Source: Nemertoderma westbladi
Lineage: Eukaryota; Animalia; Xenacoelomorpha
Direction: 5' to 3'
Assembly: GCA_032718475.1 (NCBI GenBank)
Contig: JAUCBJ010003216.1
Location: 1-58,683 of the forward strand
Length of the DNA stretch: 58,683 bases
A model generated the notes under the pieces. It worked only from the letters and a program-made list of their open reading frames with translations, searched no databases and was not told the DNA's origin. The stretch's first letter is position 1, and the number at the start of each line of letters is the position of its first letter. Positions 13,801-28,800 of the stretch are shown one piece after another. The position numbers and the translations under genes are program-made.

Positions 13801-16800
13801 TTCCTGTTCCAGCGGCTATCGATTGCCATCACCCTGGGAATGCAAGCGCCATCATGGGGACCCTCCCCATCCAAGCTAGCCTCGATGAAGTGTTCCTACT
13901 TCGCTAGACCGGTTACGACAGATTGCAGAATGGATCCAGTTGCATGTCACTTCTGGCTCTAACTCTAGTTACGTTACCTTAGTTACTCATTAATGTCGTG
14001 CTAATTATTTCCCATTAATGTGTTGTACTATTTGTAATTTAGTACCAGTTTGGTGTAATGTTAAGATTATAATATGCCTGATTTATTAAATGCACTATAT
14101 GACATTATATATTGTAAAATGTTTTTAATTGTTTTAATATCGATTGAAAAATATATAATTCATAAAGAATTTTGGATGAACAGCAGTATAGCAATTATTA
14201 CAGTGAATAAAAGGACGCGAAATTAAAAAAAATCTTGAATTTCAATAATATAATATAAAATTAAAAAAAATATAATTTCTGAGATAAATGGTGTTTATTC
14301 TGTACCATTGTTTAGACTGCAGTACTACGCCGCAAAAATATGGTGTATAATAATGATTATAAGAAAATGAGAACATGTTGAATTACTGGACGCCCACCCG
14401 TACCTGACTGTTTACTAAATAACAATTAATAGTAGTCACTCACGTGAGCAAATCCGCTTGTTATCATTCGAGAAAGAAGAATAATAGTATTTGTCACAAA
14501 AACAAGTAGTTTTATCGGTTATATCGGAACAGGTGCAGTGGTCGCCATGAAACTCAGTCTCACAATCATATTCTGTAATCAATTAAGTATTAGCGACATT
14601 AAATATTTGAAAGTGCAGGTATTTGTGGGAAATTTTAAAAATAATAACTTGTAATAATAATTATTATCATAATTATAATATAGCGCCAATACATTATGTT
14701 CTTTTCGCTTTGTCAATTTATCTACCTGTAAATAACGTCTTTACTTTCCAGTAAATAAAGTACTGATAAATAGAAGTGAAAAGTTATAAAGTGAGACTTT
14801 AAATCCCGCTGTCCCGTAGTTTTGGCGGCAAATATTATGCACAAGGTGTTGTTTATAATAATGCTACTTACCTTTACACATCTTAACTTCACTGGCACCA
14901 TCATTAATCACCATCGGTGTGGTTCCAGTTTTGCAGCTGCACTCCCAGATACTACCAGGTTGATTAGGATTACAAACACAGTTACTATCATCAACGTAAC
15001 CGCATTCGTAATCTATAAGGAACAATAGCGAAATGTCACAGCTCCATGAAACAATGGAGTAAAGCAATTAATACGTAAGTTTAATAATAGTACTGCACTA
15101 TGCAGCGCCCATTTTAAAATAGCTCATTTTACCTTCCCAGACCTCTGTGCAAAAAATTAGGATACAATATTTTTGGGTGTGCTGTTCTGTCTCTATTGTC
15201 ACGATATGTCCTCCTAGTAATTTTGTGTCTCCATATTACGAAATAAAAAGCGTTCCAGTCGCGACCATATTAATTAGTATAACACTGTTAACACTGTTCT
15301 GCAGTGTGAAGTAAATCAGTCATGGAAAAAAGATCGACCTCTAATCATATCCGCATTCAAAAAATTAATAAATATAAACCTTAGGAACTACCTCAAAATG
15401 TACACGTACCTAACTTATATACAATGAATAATAAATATTGACTGTAAAATAAATAATTTAATGTATGCATTTCTGTGGAAAGAGTTCAGAGTTCAAAAAT
15501 GTAAAACTGACGAACTATTATTGTATCGTTGTCCCATTATTCAATACGCTAAAGTAAATCTGAGTGCGCTTGTACATGTACAGTTGTGCATTCCTGAATA
15601 CAATGCTCCTTCCCGTTAGCCATATAGAAGCTCACAGGAAGAAGCACACAATAATGGTATAAAATAAGTATTGTGACCATTCAGAACAATAAACTTAGAT
15701 CCTTCGAGGTAAGAGAGATAACAAAATTAAATCACTAGAAGACCAAGTAAAAGCCCAGTGCGACAGTTTGCAGTCATTCCAGCATCAGCTCGACAAGCTG
15801 GTGGACAGGAACTTTTCGGATTACCAGTATGGGTAGTCAGATAGGAATCGGGAATGTCAGTTTCATTAGAGGTGGTCAGTGGGGAATGGGAAGGAATTAT
15901 TTGGCTCTACGAAGGCAACCAGAGCCATTCCACTCTGATTGCAACTCCACAAAGGCACAGATTAAATTCTTAGAGAATCACTTGGATGGAACGTGGATAG
16001 CAGCCACAGAGGAATGTATACTTATCATTTGCAAAGACAGTGTCAAACATTTGTGTCTCTGGAATGAAAGGTACCAAGGCCTACCAATAGGGTCTGTGAC
16101 GGAATCCATTGGAGTTGGCAGTGGTGAATTCCGACCAGTGTGTGGATTGTACGCGTCGTCGCGTCCGTGGGCTGCTGGGCTGATACTACTACTACTACTA
16201 GGTCGAGCGAGCTCGGACAGTGGAAATAAGATCCTTCCAGGCTTCCCGATTCTCCATAGTTGTTGCAATTTCGTTTCTCCCAAGTTCAGTATCCCTTTCA
16301 AGTTGATCTATATATGTTATGGCTGGTCGTCCACGACTATGCTTTCCATGAGTTGGTTGCCAGAAAAGTAGATCTGGTATGACCTCGTCTTTACTTTGCT
16401 AGCAGTGCCCACTGAATCTTAATCTGCGTTCACGGAGGGTGGTTGATACAGGTGGTATTGTACCATAAAGCTCGGCATTTGTCATGTGTTGTCTCCAGCT
16501 GATGTTTAGGGCTGCCCTTAGTAGTCTTGTGTAGCAACCATCAATTCGTTTTTCAAGTGATTTAGTCAGTGTCCAGGCCTCACCCCCGTATAAAAATACA
16601 CTTTCCACTGTGGCTCGAAAGAACTTAGTATTCAGGTGCCTGGAGAGATCTGATTTCTAGATGGTATCCATTTTTGATAGAGCTACCCAAGCCTTTGCTT
16701 TCCTAACTTCTATGTCCTTTTTGCTACTCTCTATCCATGATCCAAGGTACTGGAAGTCATCGACCTTCCTTAGTTGATTATTATCAATGGTTGTCAAGTT

Positions 16801-19800
16801 TCCATCAACATTAAAGGTCATGAATTCGGTCTTGGTAGCATTTATATGCAATAAAGTAGACTTAGCAGCCCTCTCCACTTTATTTAGTAGAAGCTGTGCA
16901 TCTGCTAGCGTATTAGAGAGCAGGGCGATGTCATCCGCAAAGTCGGTGTCTGTGACTGTAGTTGCCGGATATCTACTACTTCTGCGTTCTTGAAGTGTGA
17001 ATCCCAGCTCTTCACCCTTTGTGGCCGTCCTCATTGCGTAATCCAACACAATTACAAATAGTAATGGTGCTAATGTGTCACCCAGTTTCACCATCTGGTG
17101 AGAGTACCTGCGCTTCTGTGTCACAATATAACAATCCAATGCCAGCAACAATTACTTCTGGTATTCCATAAGCTCTTAGGATTTCAAGCATTTTACCTCT
17201 ATGGATGCTGTCGAATGCCTTCTTGAAGTCCACAAAAGTGATTACTGCGCGGAGATTCTTCGACTTAATTCCTTCAATCAGTCTCCGTAGTGCAAGTATC
17301 TGAGCTATTGTTGATCTACTTGGTCGAAATCCGTTTTGGCTCTTACGCAGTAGTTTCTCTATTGAGGCCTAATCCTATATAGAATCATTTTATTGTATAT
17401 TTTGGCAGCTACCACAAGCAAACAGATCCCACGATAGTTTGTTGGTATGCCGAGGTCTCCTTTCTTGGGGAGAGGCTTTAGTTGACCTTTAGTCCAAATT
17501 GGTGGTGGCTTTTCCCCTTTTAACATCCGGTTGCAAGCATTCAATAATGGTCTGTTTAGCACTCCGGTTTTCCATACCTCCGCTGGGATTTCATCTAATC
17601 CACTCGCTTTATTATTGGACATGCTTTTAATGCTTCTTTGGAGTTCGGCAGATGTGAAGTCCCCTGTTTCTACAGGTAGTGTCTTGTCATATATTTTCCT
17701 TGTAGGGCTGACCTCGATGTTTGGTGGCTGCCCAAGCAAGTTGCTGAAGTGATTTTTCCACTTCCCAACACGTTCTTCAGGACTATCGGCTTTGAGACGC
17801 CACTTTGCACAACTTTTCCGACCAGATACCTCATTTACAGTTTGCCAGGTAAGTCTTGATTGTTGCTGTATGTGAGCAGTTGTAATTGCTTCAGTTTTAT
17901 CCTGTATGTACTTTTCCTGGCTGGTGTTGTAGGCCAATTTAAGATCGTCCTTAGCTTTCTCAACCTTGTTAATGTTTTCGGTTGTTGGTTGTTCGGTTTT
18001 AACTTTGTAGGCTATCTTAAGATCTTCTCTCTTACAAGTAACCTCAGAGTTTTGCCATGGCACATACTGTTTTCGTTTGGGTTTCTGGGGGATATGCCTC
18101 TTAGCTGATTCCTTGTGGGCTGTTATTATATTCTGGTATATTGAATCGGTGGATTGGTCTTCATCCATTGACTGAAGTGCTTCAAAGCTTGAACTTCTAC
18201 TGTGTAAGCATCCTTTACAGCATTGTCAGTTCTGAGTTTCTCCCAGTCATAGTTGATTTGCTTGCTTGTCCTGGGTTTGCTGGCTCTCAAACTGAGGCTC
18301 AGCTGGGCTGATATATATTAGGCCGAAGGCCGTTGAAAATGACAGGGTTAAGTTGTCAGTATTAATAATCACAGTAATTGATAATAGCGCAGTCTGAATA
18401 TAATAATATGCAATACAGCGGTTAGTAACGATGGAGTAACGACGACGGTCAAAACTATTTCGGTCTCACAACTGTAAGGAAATCAACTAAACTAATAATC
18501 AGCAATCACAACAGTTATATCATTGACACATATTACATTAGCACTACACTACAGGGTGGCCTTAATATCCAATAGATGCGCTCTTGTCCTCCGAAATGTA
18601 CTTTCCCGCCGACTATTGGCTTAACCTGATTAATTCTCACCTCGCCACTCCCTGTTGGCGTTGTCCCTTGGTGCTAGCCTTACTAGCTTGTTTGTCCCTC
18701 TGAGGTGGTTTGACCTCTCACCTCTCTCTGTGGCTTACGGCGTGTGTCGCCCCAGTTGGTTATGAGGTGAGATTATTATTGGTAATATATAAGTTATAAT
18801 TATTATTAATTAAGTAATAATTGCACAGTAGCATGTAAATTACAAAGTCAGACACTAAGGGCAGAATACAAGCATGCATGATCGGCCTAACTAGACCCAT
18901 TAATACAGCCGCCCCAACTGTCAGGGTCAGGACTGGAGACCATGTATGTTCAAGCCAGGAGGTTAGCATAGCACAAGGTAGTGAACGTTGTCCATTACTG
19001 GCAACATAATTGATGGCATATCGCACCTTGAGAAACAATGAAACACAATCAAAGGATATAATGGTGTGTCCGTAGCAAGACGAGGAGACAAGTAGGATGC
19101 CATAAAGCATCATAGGAATATAAATTTCTCAAATTAAGGAGATTCCCAACTGAGTCTGAGTTCATGACACTACACTGATTATTGAGACAGGCCATGCGTT
19201 TATCCTTGTGGATGCGAAACTCTGTTCCTGAACTCCTTATACATACATATCCCCAGATTAAATGCACTAAGGTAGTGACAAGCCGACTTGAGGGCGTCGC
19301 AGTGATCCATTATATAAGGCTGGGTGTCGCATGAGTTTTATCGCCCCAGTATGAATTAAGAAGGATGTTAAAAAGAGTCCTAGGTTGGATACTCAGTACC
19401 GGTACTGTAGTGCATGTAGTAAGTAGTACTGCTCTTTCTGGTATTTGTATTTGTTGTATTTTTGAATTTGGTCCTGACGATACCCCAAAGGGGAGAAATA
19501 TATAGACCTAACACCTCTTTTTAACATCCTTCTTAATTCATACTGGGGCGATAAAACTCCTGCGACACCCCGCCTTATATAATGGATATCCCCAGATAGC
19601 AGTCTAGTAAGGGTTAGTGTGGTCTATTAAGTCTAAGTAATATCTGGGTGGTGTTGCATAAAAGGAAAATAATAAAAATATTAGAATAATTTTAAAAATT
19701 ACAAGTACGAAAATCTGTTAGTATTGCACAAAACATCTTCATTCTAATAATATTGGTGTGGGATAATTCGTGGTATATAATTATTCATCGGTGACTAATA

Positions 19801-22800
19801 TTATTAGAGTGGCACACTGATAAAATCAGAAAATTTTATTAGTTCTTGTAAATAAAATTTTATGAAACAAATTCACTAATCGAAAGTTTCCATTGATTTC
19901 ACCAATATTATTTATCAATAATCATAAGTCCATATTTTTTATGTAACACATCCTCGGTAAACGCTTAATAGCTTAATATAATAAAATTTGAATATTAACA
20001 AAGTATAGTTCCAATACCCAGTTCCAATACCCAGTTCCAATACCCAGTTCCAATACCCAGTTCCAATACCCAGTTCCAATACCCAGTTCCAATACCCAGT
20101 TCCAATACCCAGTTCCAATACCCAGTTCCAATACGTAAAAATATTTTTCTGAAAGGGGATAACTAATTTGTTGTTTCTTACCTATACAGGTCCCATCCCA
20201 CCAAGCTTGCAACCCATCTACGCATTTACAATCATTGCCAGTTGTGCATTCGCAGCCAGGGTAGCCTTGTTTACAGCGGGTATCACAGATTGGCCCTTGG
20301 GTAGGTTTTAAACCTCCCGCGCATTCACAACCGTTGTCTTTGTATTTACATGCACACTTATCTGTATCCCCATCAACACTTGGACATACATCTAAAATAA
20401 AATATATACAAAATTGTCATTAAAATATTCAATACAATTAAATAATATCAATTACCATCAAAGATAATGTTGTTAAACTATTCATAAATTGACTGAAATT
20501 TCAAGACGAAAATATAATTTATCGGAATACATCATTAGTCATCTACTTGTTATCAATAGCAAGAAATATTTTTGAAATAAAATAACAATTAAATCACACT
20601 TCTACAGTTCGCGATTAGACAAGAAAATCCCCAACTCGTCTACATTATTAAGTCCAGCAGTATTTTAGAAGACGTTTCTTGAGTATCAATGTCTTACTAC
20701 CGCGTTTCCCTTCAACAACGGCTGCTAATAACTTGTTTCAAATTGGGTAATATCTAAAGTTAAAGTATCTGGTAGAATAATGCCTTGTATCACTGGCTCG
20801 GCACAGTAAAATATGAATTTAGATAATATAATATTTTAAGTACCAACCTTTACAAACCAAGATATCAAAGCTGTTATCATTGTACGTATAATGCTGTTGT
20901 CTGATGTTTGTGAATCCTTCAAAATAACCGTCTTCTTGTTTCTGTTTACTTTCACAGTGAATTCGACAGAATCGTCTATCCACCTGAATAATTATATTCT
21001 AGTGGTTCGAATTGGAGATAAGTGGTAGATTACACTACATAAATACAACACAAAGCAATAGCGAGGCATAAGTCGTAGATTACACTACATAAATACAACA
21101 CAAAGCAATAGCGAGGCATAAGTCGTAGATTACACTACATAAATACAACACAAAGCAATAGCGAGGCATACGTCGTAGATTACACTACAGAAATACAACA
21201 CAAAGCAATAGCGAGGCATAAGTCGTATATTACACTACATAAATACAACACAAAGCAATAGCGAGGCATAAGTCGTAGATTACACTACATAAATACAACA
21301 CAAAGCAATAGCGAGGCATAAGTCGTAGATTACACTACATAAATACAACACAAAGCAATTGCGAGGCATAAGTCGTAGCTTACACTCATAAATACAACAC
21401 AAAGCAATAGCGAGGCATAAGTCGTAGATTACACTACATAAATACAACACAAAGCAATAGCGAGGCATAAGTCGTAGATTACACTACATAAATACAACAC
21501 AAAGCAATAGCGAGGCATAAGTCGTAGATTACACTACAGAAATACAACATAAAGTAATAGCGAGGCATAAGTCGTAGATTACACTACAGCGATACAACAC
21601 AAAGCAATAGCGGGGCATAAGTCGTAGATTACAGGACAGAAATACAACACAAAGCAATAGCGAGGCATAAGTCGTATATTACACTACATAAATACAACAC
21701 AAAGCAATAGCGAGGCATAAGTCGTATATTACACTACATAAATACAACACAAAGCAATAGCGAGGCATAAGTCGTAGATTACACTACATAAATACAACAC
21801 AAAGCAATAGCGAGGCATAAGTCGTATATTACACTACATAAATACAACACAAAGCAAGAGCGAGGCATAAGTCGTAGATTACACTGCATAAATACAACAC
21901 AAAGCAATAGCGAGGCATAAGTCGTAGATTACACCACAGAAATACAACACAAAGCAATATCGAGGCATAAGTCGTATATTACACTACATAAATACAACAC
22001 AAAGCAATAGCGAGGCATAAGTCGTAGATTACACTACATAAATACAACACAAAGCAATAGCGAGGCATAAGTCGTAGATTACACTACAGAAATACAACAT
22101 AAAGTAATAGCGAGGCATAAGTCGTAGATTAAACTACAGCGATACAACACAAAGCAATAGCGAGACATAAGTCGTAGATTAAACTACAGCGATACAACAC
22201 AAAGCAATAGCGAGGCATAAGTCGTAGATTAAACTACAGAAATACAACATAAAGTAATAGCGAGGCATAAGTCGTAGATTACACTACAGCGATACAACAC
22301 AAAGCAATAGCGAGGCATAAGTCGTAGATTACACTACAGAAATACAACATAAAGTAATAGCTAGGCATAAGTCGTAGATTACACTACAGAAATACAACAT
22401 AAAGCAATAGCGAGGCATAAGTCGTAGATTACACTACATAAATACAACACAAAGCAATAGCGAGACATAAGTCGTAGATTACACTACATAAATACAACAC
22501 AAAGCAATAGCGAGGCATAAGTCGTAGATTACACTACAGAAATACAACATAAAGTAATAGCGAGGCATAAGTCGTAGATTACACTACATAAATACAACAT
22601 AAAGTAATAGCGAGGCATAAGTCGTAGATTACACTACAGAAATACAACATAAAGCAATAGCGAGGCATAAGTCGTAGATTACACTACATAAATACAACAC
22701 AAAGCAATAGCGAGACATAAGTCGTAGATTACACTACATAAATACAACACAAAGCAATAGCAAGGCATAAGTCGTAGATTACACTACATAAATACAACAC

Positions 22801-25800
22801 AAAGCAATAGCGAGACATAAGTCGTAGATTAAACTACAGAAATACAACATAAAGTAATAGCGAGGCATAAGTCGTAGATTACACTACAGCGATACAACAC
22901 AAAGCAATAGCGAGGCATAAGTCGTAGATTACACTACAGAAATACAACATAAAGTAATAGCGAGGCATAAGTCGTAGATTACACTACATAAATACAACAC
23001 AAAGCAATAGCAAGGCATAAGTCGTAGATTACACTACATAAATACAACACAAAGCAATAGCGAGGCATAAGTCGTAGATTACACTACAGAAATACAACAT
23101 AAAGTAATAGCGAGGCATAAGTCGTAGATTAAACTACAGCGATACAACACAAAGCAATAGCGAGACATAATTCGTAGATTAAACTACAGCGATACAACAC
23201 AAAGCAATAGCGAGGCATAAGTCGTAGATTAAACTACAGAAATACAACATAAAGTAATAGCGAGGCATAAGTCGTAGATTACACTACAGCGATACAACAC
23301 AAAGCAATAGCGAGGCATACGTCGTAGATTAAACTACAGCGATACAACACAAAGCAATAGCGAGACATAAGTCGTAGATTAAACTACAGCGATACAACAC
23401 AAAGCAATAGCGAGGCATAAGTCGTAGATTACACTACATAAATACAACACAAAGCAATAGCGAGACATAAGTCGTAGATTACACTACATAAATACAACAC
23501 AAAGCAATAGCAAGGCATAAGTCGTAGATTACACTACATAAATACAACACAAAGCAATAGCGAGGCATAAGTCGTAGATTACACTACAGAAATACAACAC
23601 AAAGCAATAGCGAGGTATAAGTCGTAGATTACACTACAGAAATACAACACAAAGCAATAGCGAGGCATAAGTCGTAGATTAAACTACAGAAATACAACAT
23701 AAAGTAATAGCGAGGCATAAGTCGTAGATTACACTACAGCGATACAACACAAAGCAATAGCGAGGCATACGTCGTAGATTAAACTACAGCGATACAACAC
23801 AAAGCAATAGCGAGACATAAGTCGTAGATTAAACTACAGCGATACAACACAAAGCAATAGCGAGGCATAAGTCGTAGATTACACTACATAAATACAACAC
23901 AAAGCAATAGCGAGACATAAGTCGTAGATTACACTACATAAATACAACACAAAGCAATAGCAAGGCATAAGTCGTAGATTACACTACATAAATACAACAC
24001 AAAGCAATAGCGAGGCATAAGTCGTAGATTACACTACAGAAATACAACACAAAGCAATAGCGAGGTATAAGTCGTAGATTACACTACAGAAATACAACAC
24101 AAAGCAATAGCAAGGCATACATTTTTGTTAAACAATAAACAATTCATTCGTACAAAGATGACTATTATTTAGGACGTGCTTATGTTTGGATGCTAAATAT
24201 ACAGGGTGTTCATTTAAATTTGTCACTACTTCGATTGTTAAAATAATCTCATCGACATATTTATTCCATCTCATAATTTTGATCTCCTTGGATTAGCTAA
24301 TACATTAACTTAAACTTTCCATAATTTCCGAATTAGTATTGTCGCCATGGTGAGTAAATATCACTGATCAAGTTAGAGGGTTAATTTTACACGATTTGCT
24401 ATACTGGAGTACATTTATTCTAAATTAAAGCAAAAGTAAATTTTCTTCGGCCGCAAGGCCAGGGATTACGTACAAAGTCTGACGACTTATTTCCAGTGCG
24501 GTCCCCCCAGAGCTTTACTCCCTAGAGGAAACTCCAGTACTGATTTAGCTACCACTTAAATGCAAGGCAGACATGCGCCCTGGCTGGTCCCTTTAAAGCA
24601 TTCGTGCCGAAACGAAAACTGCCCCGGTCCATGTGAGGATCTAACCCACGACCTATGGGAGATGTGAATTCACTGCTATGCTGTATAGAATGGAATTGAA
24701 GACATTGGTAATGGCTTGACAGAGATAATTAAGGTCTACCAGCTACTGGGCGTAAACCGATTCTTTACGTATCCACAGAGATAAAATCGCACGGATTTTA
24801 GGTCAGGCGATCAATCGGGCCACGGGATTGGTCCATCTCTACCTATCCAAAGATCTGGAAAGGTTTGGTTGATAAATGTCCGCACGTTGGATACCCAATG
24901 AAGAGGAGCTCCTTGCTGCAAGACAACGTGTCCAACATGCGTCCAATTTGAGGAATCAGAACGACTGCAGCATATCTAGGTAACTGGCTGCATTCACTGT
25001 GGCGGAATCGAAGAAGAATGGTCCCAATTATGTTATGTAGTCCCATTTAGCCGCCCAGACAGTTAGTTATCTTTGGGGATTCTCTAATGATCTCCAATAT
25101 CTTATGAGGGCTTTCAGTCCCCCCATATTCGACAATGGTGACAATTTACACATCCCTACCATCTAAAAAACTAAGAATTTGTTCCGCTGCTGCAGCTCGT
25201 TTGGGATAATCGTTTTTTGTTAAGGCGTGAACAACGGACTTGAATTTAGTTAGCGTGGAACTTCAATTTCTGTAATGTTGTGGACGCATCCTAGACTCGG
25301 ACGCACTGATAAAGACACACGTCGTAGCGAAGTCTCTGAGTTTAAGTTAAAAGTGTCTGAACCGCGGGTAACTTGTCACTAGGTACTGAAGGATGTCCAG
25401 ACCCAGGTTTACGTAGAAGAATCTTTTCAGTTTTAAACTTAATTATAAGTCACAGTATAACTTTATTGGATAGTTTTGGTACTGCAGGAAAAGTATGCGC
25501 AAATTTCAAGGCCGTTATTTTGGGTGAATTAGTCAAATAGTAAGTTTTTCCGACAAACAACTTTTGATCATTTTTTCAGCATATTAATCGGATGCACACC
25601 ATAACAGTCCCTAAGTAACTAACAAAACAAAACTGAATAATGTTGTTCTAGAACAACATTGGCAGTTGTTCTCATAGAAACATTCCGAAAGTACAAGGCA
25701 AAATAAAAGAAAGAATTGTACTCCAATTGGTAGCGAAACGTGTAAAATTAACCCTCCAACTACTTGATCAGTGATAATTAGTCACCATGGCAACAATACT

Positions 25801-28800
25801 AATTCGGACATTATGGAAAGTTTAAGTTAATGTATTAGCTTTCCAAGGAGGCCAAAATTATGAGATGGAACAAATATATCGATGAGATTATTTTAACAAT
25901 CGAAGTAGTGATAAATTTAAATGAACACCCTGTATTATATAGATTTTATTTGTTCAGTGTCAAATCCGAATATCTGAATGTGTATCATAATGTAACTCTG
26001 GATCATTTTATAGGATTGAGAGGTAACTAACTATACGAACCTTCCAATATGGATCATATCTTAGTATCGAGAGGTACCCCTCCTCGCAATTACATTTCAG
26101 AAGATTCTCAGGTTTCTTACCCTCTTCCCTTCGGCACGTCTGACAGTTGGGGCTACCTGGTTCGCATTCGTATCCTGTATAAAAATAAACCGCAAATTAG
26201 ACTAAAAATATGGAAATACTAACTGCATTTGATACTCAAATTACATCATAGCCAATTACTACGCAAGAGAAACGTAAAAGACGACTGATTCATCAGGAAC
26301 TATGAAATATTACGTTTTACATATTAAGAAAAAAAAGGGTTCTGTTAACTCGCCATTGTTCTAGAAAAAATAAACTGGTATTACACATCTTCCACAGATT
26401 GGGATATCAATGCCAAACTCACCATTTTTGTGATATCAATATTTTGGCATTGATTCATTATTTTTGTGACATCATATTATTTTGGTATTTAATTTATTTA
26501 ATTTAATTTAATTTCGTGCATATAGTTATATAACTAAGCGTATAGCACAGTATACATAAAACCGGTAAATGTTAGAGCATTAGCACAAAATATTAAGTTG
26601 TTATAGTCTATAAATATAAATGAGATAGTAAAAAAACATAATATCCTAATGATTCGTGAAATAGTATACACTGGTTAATACTTAATCGTTACATATAAAA
26701 TTTAAAATTGTGTCTAATTCAACCTTAGAGAAACCAGGGACTTCCAAATAGTTGTACCTGCAATCAGTAATTTCTTTGCACAAATCACAATATGAAACAG
26801 CGCGTGGGTCTGGAAACCAATTAATCAAATTGCACGAATCACTTGTAACATTATTAGGTGCACACTTAAGCTTTATACGTTTCAAGTTAGAGCCAGAATT
26901 AGATGTACAATCAAATAAACACAGCGTAGTCAGAAATTGCAATGAGGGTTTCATATAATTTGACATTAAACTAGAGGCAAATTTGACACATCGACTGGCA
27001 ACCATGGACATTGGATAAGGAAATGCTACAATACCTTCTACGATAAACCTATGGGTATTAATGGGTAGGCCCCATACTAATCTAGTATTAATATTCCAAG
27101 AGGTAAATAAACGTGTACATTCTGTAAACCATAAGTTCCAAAGACAACTACCGTAAAAAGATGTGGCATAAATCCGTTGTATTTCAGACAACGATTTTCA
27201 ATGACATTCAATTCATTTTCAATGATTTTTGACGACAAATTTATGCAGCATCAAATTATTATTCAAATAAAATCATCCCGAGTTACAAACCTCTACATTA
27301 TCTAAGATTCCCAAACGAGTTGTAAATCGAATAATAATAATTTATTTAACTATTTGTTTAAAAGTTAACATTTCCAACATTAACAAATTTTGTGGATACC
27401 AATAAATTACAAATCCTAATAGACAATATCCAAAGTATTATAGTACTGCAGTTTCTAATGTATTATAGTACTTCATCAAGCTTTCTCTGCAGCTCTATAT
27501 AAAGAATGACCTCATGTTTATATTAATGTCTGCTTACCTCTACAGTATCCAGAAATTCCCCTCTGTTGCCAGAGCAACAAATCTGTGGTATAACCATCTC
27601 TACACAAGCATAGAATCTCAGGTACATTAACGTCATCTGGTTGTCTAGAGAACCGATGGCATTGGCACCATGGATTACCGTCCACGCATTGTCTAGGAAG
27701 ACATGTCTGATCCCAACGTAACATGTAGCCTTTTGTTGAATCGCATCTACAGTTTTTGTTCCCAGGTTCGCACATGCATCCTTCGGCGTTGTAAAGACAT
27801 TCACCTGTATTCATATTTTCAATTTATTTTAAGTATTAAAATTTTATCTTAACAAACTCAAATTAGTTGTGATATTCAGGGTTCATTGTGACCATTTACC
27901 ATCACATATGACCTGGGGGCAGGCCCGTACTGTGCGGGGGTGCTTTGGGGGCACTACCCCCACCCCCTCCCCCCCCCCCCCAGACAAGACCCACTGGGCA
28001 TAACTGTGCGGACAATACTGGGCGGAAAAGCCAACCAACCACCAAGGTTAAGGCAGAATCACCAGCCGATCGCCTCAATGGTTGGAAGGCCCACTTTGAG
28101 AAGCTCCTCAATAATGACAGGGTATTGCCTGATAACTTTATAGAAGTAAAAGTGCCTGAGTCTGTACTCCCAGATATTCCCATTGGTGATATCTCCTTTG
28201 CAGAAGTGAAGGCTGCTGCAAAGAGCATTAAGACCAATCGTGCCAGTGGAGTAGATGGTGTTCCCCCTGAGGTCTTTAAAATACCTGAGTGTTTAAAGCT
28301 CATCTATCCCATCATAGTAGACATGTACCGTACAACAAGAGTCCCACAAGAAATGAAAACAAATAAGTTGGTGCCAGTTCCCAAGAAGGGCAACCTAACA
28401 CTCTATGGTTCTTTTCGGGGAATCTCATTGATCTCGATTGCTGCAAAGCTATACAATAGGATTCTATTAAATCGCATCAGGGATCCCATTGAGAGACTGC
28501 TCCGTGGAAATCAGAATGGGTTCCGTAAAGGTCGTGGGACCATGGAGCCCATTTTGGCACTTAGAAGGATAATTGAAGAATTATCAAAAAAGAAAGACAG
28601 GCATCTGGCTGTTATCTTTGTTGACTTCTTCAAGGCCTTTGATTCAGTCTCTCGCTCACGTATGTTCAGCATACTTTCATTATATGGGATTCCTGATGAA
28701 ATTATTGCAGCAATCAGATCAGTATACGATGGTTCGACAACATTTGTGTCTACTGTTGACGGTGACACAGAACCATTTGAAGTGTTATGGGGCGAAACCA

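Noticed and set aside
19973-20181. Gly/Trp repeat extension of exon 8
   Set aside because: It lies beyond the GT donor at 20181 and is simply the 13-bp minisatellite.
21018-24119. CRISPR array
   Set aside because: Head-to-tail 50-bp units with no unique spacers, no cas genes, and a eukaryotic intron context. The same applies to the 43-bp array at 44627-46260.
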